This document shows, piece after piece, positions 14,911 through 24,548 of a stretch of DNA of 64,000 nucleotides; position 1 is the stretch's first letter; every line of letters begins with the position of its first letter. Both the position numbers and the translations under genes were made by a program. The notes beneath the pieces were generated by a model, which saw only the letters and a program-made list of their open reading frames with translations, did not search any database and had not been told where the DNA came from. The stretch is taken from positions 351,664,001 through 351,728,000 of the forward strand of contig OZ024741.1 of assembly GCA_964016885.1 (NCBI GenBank). Direction: 5' to 3'. This DNA is from Eledone cirrhosa (taxonomy: Eukaryota).

Positions 14911-15286
14911 GGAGGCACATGGCTTAGTGGTTAGAGCATTGACCTTGCAATCAAAAGGTTGTGAGTTCACGGGCGATGTGTTGTTTCCTTGAGCAAGACA
15001 CTTTATTTCACATTGTTCCAGTTTACTCAGCTGTAGAAATGAGATGATAGGGACTGGGGTCCCTATCATTCCACTGAAAAGTGGTCGTGGAGGTGCCATG
15101 GCAAAAAAACACTCAGCCCACACTGTAAAGTGGACGTGTAGGTGCCACGGGAAAAAAAAAGCACCCAGCACTCACTGTAAGTGAGGTTGGTGTTAGGAAG
15201 GGCATCCAGCTGTAGAAATCAAGCCAGAATCAGTTCCCGTCCCACCCTTGCAAGCAGGGAAAAGCAAACGTAAAATGATGATGATG
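14911..15286 (+). mobile_element. tRNA-derived SINE family 2 (Meta-like core) with RTE-derived tail
   Basis: A-box TGGCTTAGTGG; core TCCTTGAGCAAGACACTT...ACTCAGCTGTAGAAATGAG; tail CCCGTCCCACCCTTGCAAGCAGGGAAAAGC..CGTAAAATGATGATG. Confidence 0.82.
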
Positions 15287-15508
15287 TGTTCAAATCGTAA
15301 GGGACCAGATTCGCTAGGGTGAAAAAAATACTAACTATGAACAATATGGTTTGCCAGACTCAATTTAAAAGAATAAATTATATATGTATATGTATACATA
15401 TGTGTATATATATGTATATGTATACATATGTGTATATATATGTATATATGTATATGTATACATATGTATATACATATGTATATATATATATATGTTTATA
15501 TATATATA

Positions 15509-16830
15509 TCATCATCATCATCATCATCATCAACGTTTAACGTCCGTGTTCCACGCTTGCATGGGTTTGGACGGGGGTAGTCCCACTTGAGGCAAGAGTG
15601 ATTGTCTTGCTCGCATAGGACTGTCTGGCAGGTTTTCTACAGTTGGATGCCCTTCCTAACACCAACCACATTTACAGTGTGGGTCTGGGAGGTTTTTACC
15701 GTGTTGCCTACACGGCCACATTACAGCGTGGACTGTGTGTTTTTTTGTCGTGACACCTACACGATCTCATTTGTTTCGGCCTCGATGGCGCGGCACCAAC
15801 ATAACTTTACATAGAACGGGGTGGTGTGGATCGGGTGGGGGGTGGTGGTGGTGGGACGGGGTGTATTTTGTTAGAGATGCCTACTGGCTGGAGTAGGTTT
15901 TACTATATATTTAGGTAAGGCGGGTCTTCTCTGTTACTGAGTACCGCCAAAGGTCTCGGTCCAGTGACATTGTCTTGGAGAGGTGTAAGTGTGTGATGTC
16001 GGAGTTTATCAGCTCGTCCCAGGTTTTTCTAGGTCTGCCTATTCCGTGACTACCGTCTATCTTTATTGCCCTGCACTTTGTTATACAGCTATCGACTTTC
16101 ATGCGCATCACGTGTCCATACCAACGTAGCCTTCTCTCGAGTAAACAACATCTGATCCCTCTTATCTCTAATTTTTTCCTTAGTTCGTTTATGCTTTGCC
16201 GTTCACGTATATTACTGTTACACATCCAGCGGAGCATGCAAGCTTCGTTCCTCTCTAGTCTGCGTATATCCTCTGCACACAATGCCCAGGTCTCACTGCC
16301 ATGCAGCATTGCTGTTCGTATGCAGGCATCGTACAACCTGCCTTTCATTTTTAGTGAGAACCCTTTAGCAGCTAATAGTGGTATAAGCTCTCTGAACTTT
16401 TTCCAACCAGTTCTGACTCTAGCTATAGTACTTTCAGAGCACCCTCCCCCACTGCTGATTTTATCGCCCAGGTAACGGAAGCTGTCCACTATTTCTATAG
16501 AACCCTCTGCGCAATTGAAAGAGCTAGTAGTTTGTGGGCACTTGCTGCTACTTATTGCACCAGAGCACCGGCCACATGTAAAATCTATGTTCTTAGTTAG
16601 CTTACCTGTGATCCCACTACATCTTTTATGCACCCATACTTTGCATTTAGGACATAAAATGGAGTTTCTACCTACGCCTTTCCTACACACCGAGCACGAC
16701 CATTTCCCAGAAGGGACCGCCGCCTTGTTTTCTTTCCTACAAACTAGTACTTTGGTCTTAGCCAGGTTAATTTTAAGTCCTTTTGACTCTAGGCCGTGCT
16801 TCCATGTTTGGAATTTCTTCTCTAGCTCGG
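15509..16830 (-). mobile_element. RTE LINE 3' fragment with extended 3' UTR
   Basis: ORF 15911-16690 (FRYLG, RLYDACIRTAMLHGSETW, RRLRWYGHV, GRPRKTW) plus a 3' UTR of about 400 bp ending in (GAT)n. Confidence 0.9.
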
Positions 16831-16848
16831 CCTATATATATATATGCA

Positions 16849-18063
16849 TAGGCAGGCTGTATGATGCCTGCATACGAACAGCAATGTTACATGGCAGTGA
16901 GACCTGGGCATTGTGTGCAGAGGATATACGCAGACTGGAGAGAAACGAAGCTTGCATGCTCTGCTGGATGTGTAATAGTAATATACGTGAACGGCAAAGC
17001 ATAAACGAACTAAGGGAGAAATTAGGAATAAGAGGGATCAGATGTTGTTTACTCGAGAGAACACTACGTTGGTACGGTCACGTGATGTGCATGAAAGACG
17101 ACAGCTGTATTAAAAAGTGCAGGGCGATAAAAATAGACGGTAGCCACGGAGTAGGCAGACCCAGAAAAACCTGGGACGACTTGATAAATTCCGACCTCAC
17201 ACACTTACACCTCTCCAAGACAATGATTTTCCCACTTGAGGCAAGATTGGTTGACTTGCTCGTATAGGACTGTCTGGCGGGTTTTCTACGGCTGGATTTC
17301 CTTCCTAACACCAACCACGTTTACAGTGTGGACTGGGAGATTTTTACCGTATTACCTACAGGGCCACATTACAGCGTGGACTGTGTGTTTTTTTTTGTCG
17401 TGACACCTACACGACCTCATTTATTTCGGCCTGGATGTTGTGGTACCAACATAACTTTACATTGAAAGGGGTGGTGTGGATGGGGTGGGGGTAGTGGGAT
17501 GGGGGTGTATTTTTGTTAGAGGTGCCTACTGACTGTAGGTTTCGCTTTGTACTTAGGCAAGGCGGGTCTTCTGTATAACTGTGTAGCGCCAAAGATCTCG
17601 GTCCAGTGACATTGTCTTGGAGAGGTGTGTGTGTGAGGTCGGAATTTATCAAGTCATCCCAGGTTGTATATATATATATATGTGTATATATATGTATATA
17701 TATGTATATATATATATGTATATATATACCTACAGTCAGTAGGCACCTCTAAACCCCCCCCCCCCCCCCCGTCAATGTTGGTACCACAACATCCAGTTCG
17801 AAACAAATGAGGTCGTGTAGGTGTCACCACAAAAAACACACAGTCCACGCTGTAATGTGGCCGTGTAGGTAACACAGTAAAAACCTCCCAGCCAGTCCCC
17901 ACTGTAAATGTGGTTGGTGTTAGGAAGGGCATCCAATCGTAGAAAACCCACCAGACAGTCCTATACGAACAAGACAACCAATCTTGCCTCAAGTGGGAAA
18001 ATTCCCGTCCAAACACATGCAAGCATGGAAGATGGACGTTAAACGATGATGATGATGATGATG
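16849..18063. mobile_element. Rearranged RTE pieces of the same family in alternating orientation
   Basis: 16849-17227 is an inverted copy of about 15970-16340; 17228-17665 is minus-strand ORF end plus UTR; 17728-18063 is plus-strand UTR. Confidence 0.8.
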
Positions 18064-18107
18064 AAATTAAGAAAAGAAATACAAACCGATATTGCGGCAA
18101 CTGACAG

Positions 18108-18186
18108 ACACCCAGACAGCTTTTGGTAATGCTGTTTCGCAATTTTAGTGAAGGGATTACCAATTCTTTTGCTCATCAGTGGGTGT
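18108..18186 (-). ncRNA. Type I hammerhead ribozyme, inverted copy, sense to MAEA pre-mRNA
   Basis: Reverse complement equals 18404-18483 apart from one T in loop II; predicted cleavage after the C complementary to position 18115. Confidence 0.85.
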
Positions 18187-18403
18187 AAAATTAGTAAACC
18201 CTTCACTCCTAAGTACCTCAGAAGACTGAATAGTGTGCGTATATAAAATAACACACATGGCATCAGAACCTAGCGTGTCTCATAAATGTATAGTTCTAAA
18301 AATAGCAGCCATGTTTACTCAACATTTAAATTAGCTCAACAAATTCAAGGAGCACACTATTCAGTCTTATGAAATACATAGAAGTGACAGGCTTACTAAT
18401 TTT

Positions 18404-18483
18404 ACACCCACTGATGAGCAAAAGAATTGGTAATTCCCTTCACTAAAATTGCGAAACAGCATTACCAAAAGCTGTCTGGGTGT
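18404..18483 (+). ncRNA. Type I hammerhead ribozyme, intact core
   Basis: ACACCCA-CTGATGA-GCAA[loop]TTGC-GAA-ACAGC[ATTACCAAAA]GCTGT-C-TGGGTGT: 7-bp stem I, 4-bp stem II, 5-bp stem III, GUC site at C18476. Confidence 0.85.
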
Positions 18484-18849
18484 CTGTCAGTTGCCGCAAT
18501 ATCGGTTTGTATTTCTTTTCTTAATTTATTCTTTTAAATTGAGTCTGCAAACCCTATTGTTCATAGTTGGCATTTTTTTCACCCTAGAGAATCTGGTCCC
18601 TTACGATTTGAACACATATATGTATATATCTGTGTTTATCTCTCTTTTATATATGTATACATATACATAAACTATGTGCGCAGGGACATTGAAATACTTA
18701 GGTTGGTGTCTAAGCACACAGTAAACCCACTGGGAGAGAGAGACCCCTGATGCTCATTAGGATATCTCTCTAGGAGAGGGAAACTAATGTAAAACCTGCA
18801 GGTTAATAGTAACCGATGGTGTGATCTGTCCTTCTTTTCAGATTATAGC

Positions 18850-19470
18850 TATTGATGTTCAGTGAGTGGGATTGTCTAGTGCAAGGCCTTTCCTCACTAT
18901 AAAATGCTTCATGCACAGACATCATTTGAAATCATAGGATCTTTGGATCTACTCCATTTCTCATCACATTGGCTTGATAGTTCTATGTTAATAAGCTTTA
19001 ATCTTGAGCAGGTAAGATGAAGCCTTCACTCTCTGCCTTTAGCCCTGAGCTGTGTAGCCACTGATGGGTGAGCTTCTGGTCAACATCATTTTGTTTACTA
19101 CAGGCCACATATTCATTATGCAGATGTTTCTGCTCTCAACTCAATGTTAATTGTTCATGCTCTTTTTTCTTTGTTATTAATTTGACTTCCTTAACAACAA
19201 CATTTTCCACAGTTCCCTTGGTCTGTCCAGCTTGGATATCAGTTATGAAATCAGTAGCAAATTTGTGGCTCTCTTTCAAGATAGAATGAAGCTTCTTACT
19301 CTTCTCATGTTTTTCAATAAGTTTCAGCATCCAGCCATTTGTTGTTTCAAGATATTTGGTGGTGGTTTTGAAGACAGTTCAAACCGGATCAAGCCTCTGC
19401 CTCCTTGAGTTCTGGGAAGGTAAAGATGATCCACATTTGCTTTTGGTTGGTGCATCTTATTACAAATTTG
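18850..19470 (-). mobile_element. R4/Dong-like non-LTR retrotransposon relic (post-RT region)
   Basis: VDHLYLPRTQGGRGL and THQWLHSSGLKAESEGFILPAQD motifs. Confidence 0.7.
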
Positions 19471-19700
19471 TGTGTCAATTCTCTTTATTTCACTAATATT
19501 TCAGTTCAACACATTAAAACTATAACTAACAACTGGACCTGATTGCGTGAGTTAGACAGTTGTCATGTTATGAGACAATTCAGGTTAGAAGCCCACATTT
19601 TGCTCATATGGATCTGTAATTTAGCTTGGTTTCTATAATTGGATACCCTTCCTAACATTAACCACATTATTGTGTGGATGAGGTGCTTCTTATTGTGGTA

Positions 19701-19752
<52 letters not shown>

Positions 19753-20040
19753 CCACATTGGCATATGGTTGGACAATACGTGTGTCCCTAGACGCTTTTT
19801 GCGTGTAGGGATATATACTTTATTATTATTATTCTCCTCTTGGTCGAGATAAAATTTGGTCGTTCTGACTGCTGCTATTTATAGTGGTAGTAGACTGACC
19901 TCCCTGCCTCTGCTTCTATCTTTACACACGGCACTGGACAGAATTGCTTCCACATCATTCATTCTCATCTCGGGAACAATTTTAAATAGCGCCAGTTCGT
20001 AATTTGAACTCGGGAATTTATATTCTCCGAGTGAAAAGAC

Positions 20041-20125
20041 CCTTCTGACGAGAGTTTATCTTTTCAATGGAAGGCCGCAAGGACTGTCCATTTATTTTTG
20101 AGACTCGAAACCGATTCGGTAAAGG
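20041..20125 (+). ncRNA. Type I hammerhead ribozyme with minimal stem III
   Basis: CCTT-CTGACGA-GAGTTT[...]AGACTC-GAA-ACCG[ATT]CGGT-A-AAGG; GUA site at A20121; extended stem II capped by GCAA. Confidence 0.75.
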
Positions 20126-20221
20126 TAACCATAGTGAGTACAGTGAATTTTTTAAAATTTATTTTGAAACTTTTTCTTATTTGCTAAACCTTGATTATAT
20201 ATATATATATATATATATATA

Positions 20222-21119
20222 CAGGGTGAGGACGATATTTGTTCGCAATTTTCAACTGCTAATTTTATGCAAATTTTTTTTACTTCCATTGTCACTCTTG
20301 TCTTCATAAAAACAGTGACTATATTACCATTATTTATTTTCAGAATAATTGATTATGAATAAGTTTGAACCTCCAAATTTGTGGAAGAGACACGGAGCTC
20401 TTTTTGGAATCCGCGCCGGGAGGACAAATAAGGAAATTTCAGACTTTCTCAGTGTCAGCAGGAGAATGGTGTCTCATCCAAAGACGTGCCCAGAGTCATG
20501 CAGACAAAGTTTCCAGCGACAACATTGGTCTTAGGTGTCGTCAACAGTCAAGGTGACATCATGCCACCTCACTTCTTCCCTGAGGGTCTCAAGCTGAACA
20601 CCGATGGCTACATCCGCGTTCTGAGCGAGGTAGTAAAGCTCTCGATCGACCAGGTAGCTGCAGGTAGGCCGTACGTGTGGCAGCAAGACTCAGCGCCTTG
20701 CCATACCAGCTGAAAGACCCAAGCTTGGCTGTCAGAGAACTTCGTCAACCACACTTCACCTGACATCTGGCCTCCCAGCTCGCCTGACTGCAACCCCCCA
20801 CTCGACTTCTTTGTGTGGGGCGCAGTGGAATGAGACACCAACAGATCTAGCTGCAATACAAAAGACGATCTGAAGGCAAGTATCACAAGTGCCTTTAGGG
20901 GCCTAAGTCGGGGGACAGTGACGAAGGCCTGTAGCTGGTTCCGAGGCCGCCTTGAGGCCGTCATCAATGCCAATGGCAGGTTTATCGAGTGCGATCGAAA
21001 GAACAAGTCATGAAGACAAACTGACCCAAGTTTGATAAATATATCTTAAAAAATAAAACTACTGTGTTATTTTTTCCTAGACAGTAGTAATCTTGCGAAC
21101 AAATATCGTCCGCACCCTG
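20222..21119 (+). mobile_element. Internally deleted Tc1/mariner transposon, DD37D (maT)-like
   Basis: TIRs CAGGGTGAGGACGATATTTGTTCGCAA / TTGCGAACAAATATCGTCCGCACCCTG with TA on both sides. Transposase remnant WQQDSAPCH...WPPSSPDCNPPLDFFVWG (38 residues between the Asp residues in this copy) with stop codons. Confidence 0.88.
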
Positions 21120-21172
<53 letters not shown>

Positions 21173-21577
21173 GCACGTGGCCTATTGGTAAGGGTGTTGG
21201 ACTGACGACCATGTGGTTTTAATTCCTGGACTGGGTTGTGTGTTATGTTCTTGAGCAAAACACTTCATTTCATGTTGCTCCAGTATACTCAACTGAAAAT
21301 GAGTACCAACAATTATCGGGAGTTCAACCCTATGCTGGACTGGCGTCCTGACCAGTGGGGAGTATTGCACTCTCAGTCGCTTAACACCATGGAAACCAGG
21401 ATAAGCACCGGCCTGATTAACCTCCGATCTTGAGACAAACTTTAGACTAGATATATATATATATATACAAATTTAAGTATCATAAGATATCAATTATATG
21501 TGATATTCATGCTTCACAATGGAAAAGCTCTATGGTCATTTGTCAATAATTCAAATTTATAGATATATGTGTGTGTG

Positions 21578-21649
<72 letters not shown>

Positions 21650-23106
21650 CATATATCTTATGAGAACACAGTAACACACATACAAAGCATATATATCGAG
21701 GAAGAATATGTGCATCAGATGGAAAATATTCTTATTCCTTATGGCCATTTATGATCCAATGAGGACCACAACTTAAAATCCATCTAAGTAAACGATCACC
21801 AATTATCGATTTTGGTTCAGTTATGGTAGACGTGAATCAATCATCAGAGGAATTATGTCTATTATATACATCAATAAAATATAGTTGCTATACAGTATAT
21901 AGTACAAAAATACTTGTTTATATCTGCTAGTTTCCACAAATTATCCCAACGTGAAAAGCAGCGTGGTGCACTAATGTTTAACTCAAGGCTACAGATACAA
22001 ACAAAACTGGATGTCATTTTCGCTAGAAAGAGGTGTAAAAAATTAGTCTCATCAGCTCTATCAATGAGGATTTGGATCTGTTATATACAAACTTAAGGTA
22101 TCATAACATATCAATTATGTATGATATTTGTGCTTCTCAATAGAAAAACTCTATCAACATTTGTCCAGAGCATCAATAATTCAAATTTATAGATTTATGT
22201 ATATACAGTGTATTCCCGGCATTTGTGGTCCTGGCTATTCACAGAATTTTCCATACAACCTAACTAATAATTATTCGAGGAAACCACCACATATTTGCAG
22301 AATCGTAAATATCTTCTGTGATTTTTTTATGGCTTTCTTTGTGGCAATATATTTTTTAACACTAAATTATTACTAACAATATAGCCTATTTGCCAGCCTA
22401 TTGGACATCCCTTCACATAAGATGCTCCCTCTTTTTTTAAATTATATTTTAATCATTTTTTTACTAATTATACCTATACAGCTGTTTCAAATCATAGAGA
22501 AAAAATCCACTAATTACCATGGTTAAAATAAACAAAGTAAACTGGCAAATCTAAAGACACAGAAATAGCTCATCAACTCATTCTAATAGAGTATCTCAAC
22601 TGAAATGTGGGAGCAGTATATAAAAACATGCAAATTTAAATCAAAATAACAACTCAATTTCATTATTTTGTAAAGTACCAGTAATGCACTGGGTAATTGC
22701 TGGCCTTGTGCCTAAAGTATAAACAATTATTTTGTAAAATCTCAATGGAAATAAGATGCAAAAACCCCTATATATATATATATATCATCATCATCATCAT
22801 CGTTTAACGTCCATGTTCCACGCTTGCATGGGTTTGGACGGGAGTTTTCCCACTTGAGGAAAGAGTGGTTGTCTTGCTCGCATAGGACTGTCTGGCGGGT
22901 TTTCTACAGCTGGATGCCCTTCCTAACACCAACCACATTTATATATATATATAGGAACAAGTAGGACCCCGAAAGCTGAGCTCAAGCCGTTTCGACGGCT
23001 AATTCTGGACGGGGTCCTACTCGTTCCTATTACCCACTCTACTACCCTAAGTATTGAGTACTTTGGTGCATTATGGTCCACCTGGTTCCTTACCACATTT
23101 CCTTCG

Positions 23107-23166
<60 letters not shown>

Positions 23167-23204
23167 AGCAATAATGAAAAGCATTATAAAATATGTCCAC
23201 TTAC

Positions 23205-23403
23205 ATTCATGCCATAGACATGTCCATTGGGCAACATCATTGGTGGGTTGTTCTCATTTAATGGAAGGCCAGAGATGTTGCAGATTAATCGGGAATTGGC
23301 ACAATGGGCAAATGGGAGGGGCCGTGCCAGTTCATTGAGGTGCTTGCTACACACTGGACAGTCAGGATTTTTGGTCACTTCTTCCTCAGGTTTGTAACAT
23401 AAG
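23205..23403 (-). CDS. MAEA: MAEA penultimate coding exon (degenerate RING region)
   Basis: Translates (P)[66 protein letters not shown]. 199 nt; acceptor ttctAG at 23405-23404; donor GTAAGT from 23204; phases match both neighbouring exons. Confidence 0.95.
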
Positions 23404-23863
23404 CTAGAACACAGTGGGTCAAGGTAAACAGTACCATGATCATCACCACAGCCACCAACAACAACAACATCACCACCACTAACACCAACAACATTACCAC
23501 CCCACAACCAAGACCACTGTCAACATCTGCACAACCAACAACACCATCATCAGCCACACCATCAACATCACCAACACCACCATCATCAACAACAACAACA
23601 CCACTACAACCAACACCACCACCACCAACAACAACAACACCAACATCAACAATATTACCACCCCCAACAATAACATCACCACCACTAACACTACCAATAA
23701 CAACATCACCACCACTAACACCACTATCAACAACAACATCATAGCCCTTCAAACATATACACACACATATGTATGGTTGTACAACCTGCAAGAAATAGCA
23801 ACTAAGATCCCCTCAAATTGGGACAATCATAAAGCAATGCAGTAGCAGATCAATGAAGGATAC
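23404..23863 (-). other. U12-type (minor spliceosome) GT-AG intron of MAEA
   Basis: 5' splice site GTATCCTTC; branch motif TTTACCTTGAC at 23428-23418, about 15 nt before the AG; no polypyrimidine tract; splicing keeps the KTP-LCY frame. Confidence 0.88.
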
Positions 23864-23997
23864 GGAGTTTTGAGAGCAGATAAACCAGCTTGAAGAGTAG
23901 CTGTAAAGACAGCCATGTTGTTCAACTGATGTAGTTTGAAGTTGTCTTCTCTGAACTGTTGTACTAATCCCTGCCATCGATTCGGATCGAGAAGTTC
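23864..23997 (-). CDS. MAEA: MAEA internal coding exon (CRA domain region)
   Basis: Translates [44 protein letters not shown](P). 134 nt; acceptor tttctatttgcAG at 23999-23998; donor GTATCCTT from 23863. Confidence 0.95.
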
Positions 23998-24548
23998 CTG
24001 CAAATAGAAAGACACAGAAACAAAAAAAATATCAATAACAAAACTGATTCCACCAGGGAGGTGGCCATGCTCAATATGCAGAAAAGGTGTAGGTAGGAAT
24101 TCTATACAATGCACACAATGTAAAATATGGGTACACAAGAGATGTAGTGGGATTATATGATATCACTGAAGATGGATAAAAATGCTGGAATACTAGTATA
24201 TGGTGTTCTCCTACCAGTGTTATTTTTTATTGATGTTATAATTGTAACACAGCCTAATTTGGAATGCCAACAGTTATTTACGACTGCTGTGATTCTCTCT
24301 CTCTCTCTGGCTATCTATCTATATATATATCTCTCTACAGTGTGGATGTAATTCACTTCGCGCAGAAGTTTTGTTCAAATTTATTGCGGAAATTTTGTGA
24401 GTTCAAATTTAATTTTGATACAATTGTGTAGCTTGACCCCCCCGTCTGAACTGTCAGGCGATGGGTCAGCTCATCTTTACCCCTCCTAGAGGTGAAAAAC
24501 CTGTTTTAAAAAATTTTGTGGCAAAAAAATTTCAATCGTCTAACAGAA

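Noticed and set aside
16515-17267. 250-aa ORF as a gene
   Set aside because: Chance fusion of antisense RTE sequence, a TA linker and an inverted RTE fragment.
22012-22058. Minus-strand CTGATGA...GAAA hammerhead candidate
   Set aside because: Stems I and III do not pair properly; at best a decayed relic.
23436-23744. Mucin-like Thr/Pro-rich ORF
   Set aside because: Degenerate CAA/CAC triplet repeat on the antisense strand of the U12 intron; no splice or start support.
24331-24548. HDV-like ribozyme at the Tx1 5' end
   Set aside because: Only a simple hairpin is seen; the nested double pseudoknot could not be built.
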